The position numbers were made by a program, and so were the translations under genes. DNA of 64,000 bases from Octopus vulgaris (taxonomy: Eukaryota): contig OX597826.1 in assembly GCA_951406725.2 (NCBI GenBank), positions 77,562,001 to 77,626,000 of the forward strand, written 5' to 3'. Shown here piece after piece: positions 50,614 through 64,000 of this stretch; within the stretch, counting starts at the first letter, position 1; every line of letters begins with the position of its first letter. Under the pieces are notes generated by a model. The model saw nothing but the letters and a program-made list of their open reading frames with translations, was not told the DNA's origin and did not search any database.

Positions 50614-52825
50614 TTTATATAAATATATAAAATTGTGGAAATACATATAGACATTTATATACTCACAAACACATATATGCATATACACACACAGGTGTAC
50701 ATACACATACACACATGCATACACACACACATATATGCATACTCATATATATATATATATGTATAAATAATATATAAATATATGCAAATATACATACATA
50801 CATGTACATGCCTACATATATATGTATATATACATGTATATATATGGGTACAGGACATCAAAAAAACATGAACAAAATGAGAGATGAGAACATAAAAAAC
50901 ACAAACACAGAAAACGAACATTTTTTTGAACAACGAAAGAAACAAATTCAGGTCAGGTACGTGATGTTGATAAGCCACAAAAATACAAAAATGGTGAAAC
51001 ATCAATGTCCATCACTCATCGTCAACCATCATTTAACATCCGTTTTCCATGCTGGCATGGGTTGGATGGTTCGAATGGGATTTGGAGTGAGTTGTCCCAC
51101 TTGTCTATGACTTTTGTGTATTCTTAACTCCTGGCACTTTGAGGGAGTCATCTCCACCACACCAGTTAGCAGCCGACTGGCAAACAAACACAATACATAC
51201 ATTGGGTATATGTGTTCAATAAGGTTTACAAGACTAGTGCTGCTTCTAATTCACATTTGAACACACATACATTTACACACACACACACACAGACACACAT
51301 ATATATATATATTATATATATGATAATGACGATGATGATGAAGTATATAAATTACAGGTAATACAACGTCAAATGACGTAAGACAACCGGGGCATACAAT
51401 TAGCACTCAGATTGAATTTACACCTAAACTCAAACTTTAAACGCAACTATAAATGCAGCAAAGTGGAAGCTGCCTAAATGAGAAGAGGCTTTAGGCAATG
51501 CACTGATGAAGCTGGTACAATGGAAGAAAAGAACAGAAAAGCTAACGACAGGTGTATGCCATAATCTGACTCCATACCTGATGTCTTGAATGTCTACCCT
51601 TTTGCTCGATTTTACATATAAAGGTGAATGCAGGTGGCCTAGTCATTAAGTGTGTAGCAATATAAATTGTCAGATCAAGAGTTCAATTCCTAGACCAGGT
51701 GGCATGTTGTGTTCTTGAGCAAAACACTTCATCTCACATTGCACAAGTGCTGTATGGGGGACCAACATATCAAAACAACAAAAAATATGTTTCCTCTGTG
51801 TGTTGTAAAAGGTGACTAAAAAGCGGTTCAGATAAGAACTGCAATCTGACCTCATAAAATACTCCACTGGGTTGGAGGGTTGTCACCTGAGTAGCACACA
51901 GGCACCATCTACCAGGACTCTTTTACTTGTTTCACTTATTTGACTGTGGCCATGCTGGAGCACTGCCTTTAGTCGAGCGAATTGACCCCAGGACTTATTC
52001 TTTGTAAGCCTAGTACTTATTCTATTGGTCTCTTTTGCTGAGCCGCTAAGTTACGGAGACGTAAACACACCAGCATTGGTTGTCAAGCGATTTTGAGGGG
52101 ACAAACACAGACACAAACATATACACACACATACATATATATTCACATATATACGACGGACTTCTTTTCAGTTTCCGTCAACCAAATCCACTCATAAGGA
52201 TTTTGGTTTGCCCGAGGCTATAGTAGAACTGAACCTGAAAGCATGTGGTTGGGAAGCTAGCTTCTTACCACACAGCCACTCCTGCGTCTATAATCACCAA
52301 CAAACGCTGGATGCAACTAAGTGCTGTTACAGCACATACCCCTCCCCCCCCACTAGTACTACTACTATACATATACTGTGCCTGTAAGTTTGTGTGTGTA
52401 TGCGTTTATATATGCATGTTTTCTTTTCTTTTGGAGATGGTTGAAGACAGAACTGTTGATGCTACATTCCCTTAGAGTCTTGAACAAGTCTTTCATCTGA
52501 AGCGATTTAGCATAAAGAAAATAAAAAATTAATATTGGCAAAACGTTTTGCTCTTCAAACTTCAAATAATCTTATTTGTGGTACATTTATTTTGTTCCCT
52601 GCTTTGATGTTTGCTTAATATTTTCCTCTCAAATGTTCCAGTGGAACAATCATATTACTGAAGAGAACAATCACCAAGATACAAATCATTTTAGTTCAAT
52701 TGCATAGAGTAACATCTTGAGCAAGTGTCCGTCACTGTCGCTTGGAGTCAACCAATGTCAGTATGTATGGAAGCCCATCATATATATATATATATATATA
52801 AGGCACACATATATAAAGCATATTT

Positions 52826-52885
<60 letters not shown>

Positions 52886-53149
52886 CACACATATATAAAG
52901 CATATTTTTATATGTATATATATATATATATATATCCCTCTCTCTCTTTCGGAGAGGCACAAGCACCTACACGTACATGTACACACACGGCAGTAACTTC
53001 CGCCTGCCGAATTCAATCACAAAGCTTCGGTCGGCTCGGGGCTATAGCAGAAGACACCTACCCAAAGTGCCACGCAGTGGGACTGAACCCGAAACCATGT
53101 AGCTAGGAAGCAAGCCCCCTAACCACACAGCCATGCCCGCATATATATA

Positions 53150-55050
53150 TAAGGTACATTAAACAAATGAATAAATGAATATGAGTTCTGTTGTGATTCT
53201 ATTCTTTAACAGAAAGCCTTGCACAGCCTACTGAGTTAGTTTTCACATAAGTATTATGTGGTCCACTCATTTTCAATTAATATTCAAAGTTTTTTTTTCA
53301 AACTGCGTTAAAATGGCTCGAGAATCTTTGCAGTAGCTGACAAACTCATGCATTGTGCTTACATCAAACTTTTTTTTCAAAACTCAGCAAACCTGCTATC
53401 AGTGCCCTCAATATGCTTTGATGTTTTGCAAACAAATTGCACACGCGAGTGCTACCAGTTGAGAGCTCAGCATCCCGGAAGCCAGCAAGTTTATGTTGTC
53501 ATCAGGAGAGAATGCATGTTGTTTCAGAGCTTGCCTCTTGATGGCATCAATGCGCACTCTCACTGATGTGAAGCCCCGATTGCGAGATCAACTGGTTATT
53601 AAATAAAGCTCAATATTCTTCTAGCCATCGCTCATCGTCTCTTTTAAGCTAAATACAGTGGCTAGCCTTTTCCGCTGAAGTTTGGATATCGGTCATGGTG
53701 GTGTTTACTTTACGATGAGTTAGGCCTAACGATAACAACAGTCACCTCACACTGTGTCCAACAAACCCTCTTCATCCGACTTCGATTGGAAAATACACCA
53801 CTTTCCAGCCTGCGTCTTCACATTCCTTGAGGGGGTTTACATAACGGATGTTATTTTGGTCAAACACAAGTTTTGAGAGTCACAAGTGTCGCAGGGCAGT
53901 TGAGTATTTGTTCAAGATGAACCTACAGAGTGACTGATTACTAGAAAAGTGTCAGAAAATGTGGGAAATCTATGGTTGTCAAGGAGGATTTGTGAAAACC
54001 TCCATGAGGACCACAGCCAAACAATTCACCAGCTGTCTCACATGACTGGAGTCTGCCAAGAAAACCATCATCATCATCATTTTAACGTCCACTTTTTCAT
54101 GCTTGCATGGGGCTGATGGAATTCATAGAGGCAGATTTTCTACAACAAGATGCCCTTTTATATGTATGTAGACACATGTATACGTCTTTGTATGTATATA
54201 TATATGTATGTCCAGACCACCAGCCCTCTTTCACACGCACATACATACTCTCTTATACACACACGCACCTTCGTGTTGGGGGTCATCTTTACTTTGTTAT
54301 CTCTCCTACTTCTTCCTTCTCATGTGTGACCGTTCTGTCTGGCAAAGAAATATTTCAAGCAAAGAAACATTTCCTCATAGCCAAACATGTTTACATAGAC
54401 GAACGGAAAGAAAGGGTACTGCTTGCAAAGGAGACATACTCAGACAAATGAAGGCTTACAACAACCCAACTTTCATCTCAAGAATCATCATAAGTGATAA
54501 AAAGAAGGGGTTTACAGTTAAGATCTGAAGACAAAACAGCAGTCATCAGAGAAAAAGGGTTCTTAGTCACCAAGACCAGCGAAAGGAAGACAGGTTCAAA
54601 GGGCAACAAAAAAAGCTGTTCATCGTTTTTCAATATGAAGGACATTGTTCACCAAGAATTTTTTCCTAGTCATTTCTGGTTTTTACATTTGTGGTATCTG
54701 AAGGAATATCTATGGAACCCACCACCAGAAGTCTGGGACATCTTAACATAGAACCCATTCTGTCAAGTCAATGCAATTTTTGAAAATTGGTCTTGTAGAA
54801 TGCCATATTTTTGCCTGATTATTCCTATACTTATATCATACCAAACATTTGCCAATTCTGCCATGGTTTCCCTGCATTTGCAAGAATATAAGAAGCTGGA
54901 GAGGCATCACTTTCAGACAGCAGAGGAAATTCAAATGTGCTTCAAGGTAGAACTGAATGGTCTTCAAGAAGATGATTCCTCTTCCACTACATTTGAAGAG
55001 TGAAACATAAACCAGGAATGCTGGGTAAAAGTTCCCAACAGCTTTACACT
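53150..55050 (+). mobile_element. Decayed mariner with nested insertions
   Basis: HTH remnant (~53890-54060); PTFISRIIISD...KTKQQSSE...SPRP, FFNMKDIVHQEFFP, HFQTAEEIQ; interrupted by a SINE piece and an H1 piece (54067-54343). Confidence 0.8.
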
Positions 55051-55052
55051 AT

Positions 55053-55142
<90 letters not shown>

Positions 55143-55233
55143 AGAGTTTATGAAAAAAAACAAAAAACGAAAGACAGGTGGTGTACAAAACAAACAGATG
55201 TATTAGTATAATGCTCAGGAATAAGTAGAAAAA

Positions 55234-55276
55234 GTCTTTTTACGTTTCGAGCCTACGCTCTTCTACAGAAAGGGAC
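55234..55276 (-). ncRNA. H1 hammerhead-like motif in the longest H1 copy
   Basis: Same motif on the minus strand within 55139-55510. Confidence 0.5.
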
Positions 55277-55807
55277 ACAGAAAAAACAAGGAGAGAAAAA
55301 AATGTGTGTAATGGCTAACGATCTATCATGGCGACTGCCAGACAGAAGGGTCACGAGAGGGAAGAAGTAGGGGAGATAACAAAGTAAAGATGACTCCCAA
55401 CACGAAAGTGCATGTGTGTATAAGAGAGCATGTATGTGCGTGTGAAAGAGGGCTGGTGGTCTGGACATACATATATATATACATACAAACACATATACGT
55501 GTCTACATATATACATATATATATATACATACATAGACACATATATACAGAAATGTAGATACATATATATACACACACATATACATATATATTCATATGT
55601 ACATATATATATAATTATTTTTATACATATACATCATCATCGTTTAACGTCCGCTTTCCATGCTAGCATGGGTTGAATACATATACATGTGTACATACAT
55701 AAATATACATATGTACATATACATATAAATATATACACACCTACATATATGCATACATATATATATACGTATTCAAATACATACCTACTGATATAAAAAA
55801 TATATTT

Positions 55808-55842
<35 letters not shown>

Positions 55843-56341
55843 CATACACATATACATCCTTACACACACACACACACATGTACGCACACACATGCACACA
55901 CACTCACACACACAATTCCCTGATAACTCAGTGAACAGCTAAACTAATGACATTAATAATAACAATGTAGATAAAGTTATTTGATTCGATTGGATTTCTC
56001 TCTATTATTAATATATTTTCTCATGTCCAAGTAAAACTATCATTAGACATCTTGTAATAATACCAGAATACCATTCTTTGGTAATTTATTCCACTGTTCA
56101 GTCAATAGTTCCAGTTTGTCAGAGAAAAATGGTGAAGTATCTTAGAGTGTAGGTTTAGAATGGAAGAGTTGTGCTGCGGCATAGTGGTGCCCGATGGTGG
56201 TGGTGCTGGTGTTGGTAGTGGTGGTGATAGTGGTGGTGCCGGTGGTGGTGCTGGCGGCGGTGGATGTATTGGAAAGATTTGACATAAAACATAATTTGGA
56301 AAGGTATCACTCCAGCCCTACCATATTTTCGGAATATATAC

Positions 56342-56384
<43 letters not shown>

Positions 56385-56927
56385 ATGTGTATATATATGT
56401 ATATGTGTGTCTATATATATATCATCATCATCTTCATATATACATATATATATATGTATATATGTATATATACACATACACAGGTGTGTGCATATATGTA
56501 AGTATACATATATGCAAGCATACACACACACATATACATACATATATGTATATATGTATGTATATGTATGTGTGTATGTATGTACATATATACACATTAA
56601 TGTTAATAGATTACTACCATATATATTTCATACATACATAAATACATACACATAGAAATACACATGTACATACATACACTCACACAAATATATATAAAAA
56701 TGTAATAAATTGCTACTCTCTCTCTCCCTCTAGATGTATATATACGTATATATATGTATATATAAATGTATATACACACACACATATATATATAAATGTA
56801 TATACACACACACATATATATACACATACATACACTCACACACATATACACACACACATATATATATATATATGAGAGAGAAGGGAGAGAGAGAGGTGTA
56901 ATAAATTGTTACTCTCTTTTTGTCTTC

Positions 56928-56974
<47 letters not shown>

Positions 56975-57196
56975 ATATATATATACACACAAACATATAC
57001 ATTTTTAAGTATACATAATATAGATTATATATAAAGATTAATTGCTTAAAAGTAGGAAATGGGGGTTGGAGGGGGGGGGGATAAAAAAATAGTTTTAAAA
57101 AAACACCCAAACAGCAAGAACAAAAATACATGTTTAAAAAAATAACTAAAGCAAATTATAGAAGTAATAATGAAGAGAAAGAGTGAGAGAGACAAT

Positions 57197-57227
<31 letters not shown>

Positions 57228-58129
57228 AGAGAGAGAGGGGGAGAGAGAGAGTGAGAGAGAGAGAGAGACAGTGTTAATTAAAATGTAGACAGTATGTATT
57301 TTTGTCAATAGACTTATTCCGAAGCAATTATATCTTCGTCAATGACACAGAATCCGCCTATTCAGCAAGTCTATTCTTCATTTTGATTCTCAAGTAGAAA
57401 CACACAGAAATATGATGGGCTGAAGGTGTTTGACCTTATAAAATGTTTGACCTTTCATAATAGTCACTTTGAATTGTCTTGTATGAAGTCGTCTCATTGA
57501 AATTATCACAACAATCAATGGAAACTTAAATGGAAATGGCTGAATGTTGCAGAGGACGACATTGTTGTGATAAATTTCATCGAGAAGTCTTCATTTAAGA
57601 ACGAGGGAATTCCACGTCTCTTTCTCTTGGCTATCTCTTTTGTGTTCCTGAAATGGCATGGAAGTACATCTACCTGTATTTTTCCTTTTGCACTGATATA
57701 CAGTGTCGTGGGGTGGGCTCCTTGAGATTGTTGTTTTTGCTTATTACTGTACCCTAATCTGAAAAAAGTGGGTTCCTGCCTACAGCATTCCTTTATAGGA
57801 TCAGAGAATATGATTATTGCTTGTTTTGTTTTTTTCTTTAGCCTCAGATCTGCTTTGATCTGGATCAAGAAAGCCTAAAATCAAAAGTGCTTCATCTCCT
57901 GCTATCCATTCTTTTCACTACCTAGTGTCCTCTTCATCTATTTAAGATGGCAAAGTGTGATGGTCAGGATGTATGCTCATATATATACAAGAAGACCCTT
58001 TAGTCTTGCTGAGAACATAACTTTTCTAGTTCTAGTGTCATGGTAAAATGTATACAGTACATTTCTGGTAAAGTACCTGCTGTTAGGAAGGGCATCTGGT
58101 GAAAGAAACCATGCCAAAATGAAACCAAT

Positions 58130-59520
58130 GAATGGGATGAATTGACCCAAACAATGCCAGTCTGTTCTTGCCATCTTGGAAAGCAAACACAGAAGGCATG
58201 GAATGAGAGTGACAGGTTGCAGAATGAGGAAAGTGCATGGGGAAAAAATGGTCACAAATGGCTAACAGCTAAAGGACCAGTTCATTGGTTTAAAAATTAT
58301 ATGGTGAAAATGGCTATTAAAAAAAAACAAAAACGAATGTTTGGAGAGCAGTTGGGATATCAGAGGCAACTGCTGAAATGCTGATAAATATCCAGTGAAG
58401 TTAGAGATGCACTGGTCACTTGTGTAGTGTATCATGTGGTTGAGTGGGGTGCAATACTCAATGGGTAGAATTGGAGTATGATTGTCAACAGCTAAAATGG
58501 TAAAGAAAGAAGCTGCTGTAAAAAAAAAAGCAGCAACAGGAGCAGCAAACTGAAATAATTAACGAGAGAATTAGCAGAGATGAATTACAATACTGCTAGT
58601 GTTTTCTTCCAACTAAGACATCTACAGATATTCTTAGCTAAGAACAAGCCATTACATTTAGCATTCATTAACCTTGAGAAGGCTTTTAACAGAATACAAT
58701 ACCTGATAGTCTAATGCAGTGCTTTTCAAACTTTTTGCTGGAGCGGAACCCCAAGGAAACATTTCACTGGCTCGGGGAACCCCTGTGCAATAATTTAATA
58801 GTCTTATGCACACATATCTGCACAGGAGAATTAAAAATTACTGCCGATTTTAGCAGTTTTGTAACTTCTTGCTGAACCCCTGGTCTGTACTGGTGGAACC
58901 CTAAGGTTCCGCGGAAACATGGTTGAAAACCACTGGTCTAATGATTCTAAAAGAAAACACTAAAAGTGAGATGAATGTCTTAGCAAAATCATGCAAACCA
59001 TTGGCTGTGGATGCCCTCAACAAGTGTTAATAGTTAGCTCAGTGAGAAATTAAATGTGCAGCTGTTGGCATAGGTTGTTCATAGGAACTTCAGTATATCA
59101 ATGATTTTAGTTCTCATCACTAAATTGACCGATTTCTCATGGCTGAATCTGTGGAATAATTAGAGAAAAAATTCCAAAACTAGAAACAAGACTTAGAATC
59201 ATGAAACCTCAAAGTAAATCTAATCAAGACAAAAGTTTTAGTCAGGAAAAAAAGGAACACACGACTTAACTATCATTTGAGAAGTGGACATGCTTGAAAA
59301 GGAAAAGCGAGAAATTCCATTTGGTGTATTCAATATATTCTATTGGGGCAAAAGAGTTTTATTTGGATCAGAAGCAGGGTAACAAAGAAAGAAAGAATTT
59401 GGGTAGTTAATAGGAAGGATACCTATGAAATTAATTCCTAAAAATGTCATGGAAGGCTCTTTAAAATTAGAAATGAAATTTTAAATGGTAAGGAACTCTT
59501 AAGAAAGCTAAACAACAGAA
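58130..59520 (+). mobile_element. Decayed RTE LINE, RT region
   Basis: FQLRHLQIFLAKNKPLHLAFINLEKAFNRI (~58606-58697). Confidence 0.8.
58717..58935. mobile_element. hAT-type MITE, 219 bp
   Basis: TIR CAGTGCTTTTCAA / TTGAAAACCACTG; perfect 8-bp target duplication GTCTAATG (58709-58716 and 58936-58943). Confidence 0.92.
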
Positions 59521-59769
59521 GGTCTTCAGAATAGAAACCTCTTCTTTAGGGAAGTGTTTTGGCCTTTAACTTCTTACACTCTAAGAGGGCTCAGGGTTGC
59601 ATCCAGCGCATGACTCTTGGTGACCTTCTGCTGCCACATTTTAGCCACTTGGATATCGGAGACTTGTGCATTTAATCAAACTGGGACTCCACTCCATTTA
59701 GAAAAGAAATAAACTAGCACTCCACTGGTTACGACAACGAGGGTTCCAGTTGATCTGATTAATGGAACA

Positions 59770-59925
59770 CCGAAGAAAACATGGGATGACATTGAAAAGA
59801 CTGATCTTCGGATTTTTAACCCCCTCATGAAGGTTATGACAAGGGGCCACAATAAGTGGCAAGATTTTGCGTTGGAAGAACACGTCCAACCCATGACAGG
59901 CAGGAAAAAACTGGCATAAAATGGT
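59770..59925 (+). mobile_element. RTE 3' end
   Basis: PKKTWDDIEKTDLR... followed by the GTCCAACCCATG tail motif. Confidence 0.75.
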
Positions 59926-60005
59926 AATGAGTAGGAGGAGGAGGATGTATCCAAACTGAGATTTTGGTAATATCAAGTAAACTGCACTCTGATCTTTCAT
60001 GTGTA

Positions 60006-60041
<36 letters not shown>

Positions 60042-62699
60042 CTTATATGTGTGTGGGTGTAAGATATGTTAGGTCTTGTGTGTGTGTGTGTGTGTGTAAA
60101 ATATGTTAGTCCATGCATGTGTGTGTGTGTGTGTGTATTTATAAATATGTTAGCATTTAAATGTCATCCATCATGTGACGTGCATAATTTTTTTTTTTTC
60201 TGTCCTCTTCCATTTGGATATAGACCAAGAGTTCCACTTGTCATTCTTACCGTTTCTGCTGTTGTTTTTATACTAACAGTTATTGAATTATTGATGTTGC
60301 TCTTGTTGTTCTTGTCATCTTGTTGACATTGATGTTGTAATGGATGTTGACGTCGTTGGAAGCTGACTGTTGTCAGTGTGTGTGCGTGTGTGTGTTTTTT
60401 TTCCTTTTCTTTTTTTTTGTTTGTTCTTCTTGTTGGTGCTGCTGATCATGACCATAACCATTTTTGATCATACAGACATCATTACGATAAAAGAAACACT
60501 TGCCAGAATCACTCTGTCTTGTTCAGATAATAGTATATCCAGGTCTACATCATCTAATATGGCCTTTGTCTTTTAAGATGTAAGAGATCTGGCAGCTGCT
60601 ATTTCTAGCTGACTGGGCAACTACATAGAAGCCTTCCCTGTAATCTCCTTGTAGCTGTTTAGCCCAATATCCAACCTAATTCAGCCTGGGACATTAACGG
60701 GGGTCCAATCTTCACTAAGTTCCCAGGCTCTGTGGATTTAGTTGATGGAAACTGAAAGAAGCCTGTAATATATGTATGTATGTGTGAGAATGTCATGGCC
60801 GATGTCAATACCGCAAGACTGGAACCCGTGCCAGGTGGCATGTGAAAAGGCACCATTCAAGCATGACCAATGCCAGTGCCGCCTGACTGGCACCTGTGCC
60901 GATGGCATGTAAAAAGCACTATTCGAGTGTGGTTGATGCCGGTCCCTCCAGACTGGCCCTCGTGCCAGTTTCACGTAAAAAAGCACCCACTACACTCTTG
61001 GAGTGGTTGGCATGAGGAAGGGCATCCAGCTGTAGAAACCTTGCCAGATCAGATTGGGAGACTGATGCAGCCTTCTGGCTTGCCAGACTTCGGTCAAACT
61101 GTTCAACCCATGCCAGCATGGAAAGTAGACATTAAACGATGATGATGATAATGATGATGATGACACATAAGTGTGTGTGTGTGTGCGTCTTTGTGTTCAT
61201 GTCTGTCCCCCAACTGCTTAACAGACGTTAGCTTCTTTACATCCCTTTAACTTAGAGGTTCAACAAGAGAGACCAATAAAATAAGTACTTGAGTGGATTT
61301 GTCCAACTAAAACCCTTCAAAATGGTACCGCAGTATGGCCACTGTCCAGTGACTGAAACAAATACGGGATACAAGATAGTAAGCTTTGATAGGAGCCACA
61401 CTTGGCTGCTTTTGTTAGCAGATCAAGAGGGCACAAATAGAGAGAGACCCATTACACAGTACTCGTAGCAGTCATGTGACTGTAAAGGCATCACTTCATT
61501 GATAACATTGTATTCACTGCTTTGAAAGAGCAATCATCATCAACATCACCATCATCATCATCATTTAGCATCTGTTTTCCATGCTGGCATGGGTTGGATG
61601 GCTTGACAGGAGCTGGCAAGGCTGGAGAGCTGCACCAAGTTTCCTTGTCTCTTTTGGCATGGTTTCTATGGCTGGAGGCCCTTCCTAACATGCCAACCAC
61701 TTTGCAGAGTGTACCAGGTGTGTTTTATGTGGCACCATATTATATATATCTATGCCTTTATTGCCCACAGGGGGCTAAACATAGAGGGGACAAACAAGGA
61801 CAGACAAAGGGATTAAGTCGATTACATCGACCCCAGTACATAACTGGTACTTATTTAATCGACCCCGAAAGGATGAAAGGCAAAGTCAACCTCAGCAGAA
61901 TTTGAACTCAGAACGTAAAGACAGACGAAATACCACTAAACATTTCACCCAGCGTGCTAACGATTCCGCCAACTCACCGCCTCATTATATATCATCATCA
62001 TCATCATCATTTAGCAGCCGTTGTCCATGCTGGCATGGGTTGGACAGTTTGACCAGGGCTGGTAAACGGAGGGGTTGCACCAGACTCCAGGCTCATTTGG
62101 CATGGTTTCTATGACTGGATGCCCTTCTTAATGCCAACCACTCCGAGAGTGTATTGACAGCTTTTACATACCACTGGCACAGGTGCCATTTGCGTGACAC
62201 CAGTATCTGCCGTGATTACAATTTCAGTTGGCCTGAGGGGTCTTCTTCTCGAGCACATCACACACACACACACAGACACACACACAGATACACATCTGTG
62301 ACATGCTTCCGCCCACATTCTGCATTCCACTTTTTATTCAAACAGCATTGACCGTTTCAAGGCTGTAGAAGACACTTATGATTCCATAGAGTGGGAATGA
62401 ACTTGAAACGATGCGGTCGCAAATGGGGAATCACGCAGCAATCCCTGCATTGTTTATCTTACGATCATTCAACAACTGCACAGGTCTCACTAGTCTCTGG
62501 GACAGCCTAATGATGACCATGACGCTGAGAAAGCGGAAGAGGGTGATGGTGATGATGAGGATGATGAGGATGGTACAATACTCATTGTATCAACAGATGC
62601 ATAAAAGAAAACATGATCAATACAACAATAAAGGTGATAATGATGGTGGTGGTGGTGGTGGCGGTGATTAAAAATTAATTATTTTCTCATTATTGTATA

Positions 62700-63190
62700 G
62701 AGACAGAGATAGAGAGTAGCAAATGAGGGGAGTTTGAGGAAAGGGGTGAGAGAGTGAGGAGCAAGCAGAGTGAAGAGCAAATAGAGAGGGGGAGAGTGAG
62801 AAGCAAGGAGAGATAGGACATGGAGAGAGGGGCAAGGAGAGAGAGAGGAGCAAGGAGAGAGAGAGGAGTAAGGAGAGAGAGGAGCAAGGAGAGAGAGGAG
62901 CAAGGAGAGAGAGGAGCAAGGAGAGAGAGGAGCAAGGAGAGAGAGAGGGGCAAGGAGAGAGAGAGGAGCAAGGAGAGAGAGAAGCAAGGGGAGAGAGGAG
63001 CAAGGGGAGAGAGAGTTGAGCAAGAGAGAGATGAGCAAGGAGAGAGAGAGATGAGCAAGGAGAGAGAGATGAGCAAGGAGAGAGAGAGAAGCAAGGAGGG
63101 AGAGAGAGGAGCAAGGAGGGAGTAAGAGGAGCAAGGAGAGAGAGGAGCAAGGAGGGAGTAAGAGGAGCAAGGAGAGAGAGGTGCAAGGAG
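62700..63190. repeat. Purine-rich minisatellite, unit GAGCAAG(GA)3-5
   Basis: Directly visible. Confidence 0.95.
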
Positions 63191-64000
63191 AATGAGGTGA
63201 AGTTGTTAAACCTGAACTGTAATTAACATTTCCCTAATTATCCCAGATTTACATATCATTATGGACATGCTATCTTGATCTCTTTACAGATGATGTTGTT
63301 ATTGCAGTTATTTAGCCCTAGGTCAATTGAGCCATATGATTGCTGATCAAAGGCATACCAGCCATGTCCATCCTGTCTCCTTATGTCAACTGTATTTTTT
63401 TTACTTGTTTCAGTCATTTGACTGCGGCCACGCTGGAGCACCGCTTTTAGTCGAGCAAATCGAACCCAGGACTTATTTTTTGTAAGCCTAGTACTTATTC
63501 TATTGGTCTCTTTTGCCGAATCGCTAAGTTATGTGGACGTAAACACACCAGCATCGGTTGTCAAGCGATGTTGGGGGGACAAACACAGACACAAACACAT
63601 ATACACACGCACACATACAACAGGCTTCTTTCAGTTTCCATCTACCAAATCCACTCACAAGGCTTTGGTTGGCCCGAGGCTATAGTAGAAGACACTTGCT
63701 CAAGGTGCCACGCAGTGGGACTGAACCCAGAACCATCTGGTTGGTAACACCTATATATGTATTAATGAGTAAATTATGCATTATATTTGTGACCTGCTTT
63801 TTTTTAACAGTCCTATAGTGCGTATGTGATATGAGATAGTCTGCTATTATTTCTAGCAATTGAAAGGACCACACTGAAACTGCCTTGCTGTTTTTGTTGT
63901 TGCTGTTGTAAATTCATTAAAAGATGTTCCAGTTTAAGTACCAGCTATTATGATCAGAGAAAACAAACATTATATATATATATATATAGTATATAATTTC

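Noticed and set aside
63792-63827. Plus-strand micro-exon aacag|TCCTATAGTGC|gtatgt
   Set aside because: 11 nt is frame-shifting, it contains an internal AG, and the donor is only moderate.

Overview
AT-rich, microsatellite-saturated animal genomic DNA. The mix of SINEs, RTE LINEs and (TA)n/(CA)n tracts looks like a coleoid cephalopod (Octopus-type) genome; this is an inference from recalled repeat families. Almost all ORFs in the track are translations of microsatellites or decayed transposons. One clear host exon is present: a 183-nt, phase 1-1, minus-strand exon (16311-16493) encoding the N-terminal half of an avidin/streptavidin-family domain (GVWYNQLGS...GTLEGEYRTSV). No other exon of that gene could be identified. 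The rest is mostly transposon debris: an R4/Dong-like RLE LINE, RTE LINE pieces, three mariners, piggyBac-type and hAT MITEs, four SINE families and Penelope-like (PLE) fragments. The most striking non-coding signal is a set of at least six sequence-unrelated short elements, several inserted in (TA)n tracts and several built as fold-backs. Each carries a minimal type-I hammerhead ribozyme (HHR) fold, including non-canonical cores (U3-A8 covariant; fixed A6U). Coordinates of decayed elements are approximate; all folds and translations were done by eye.
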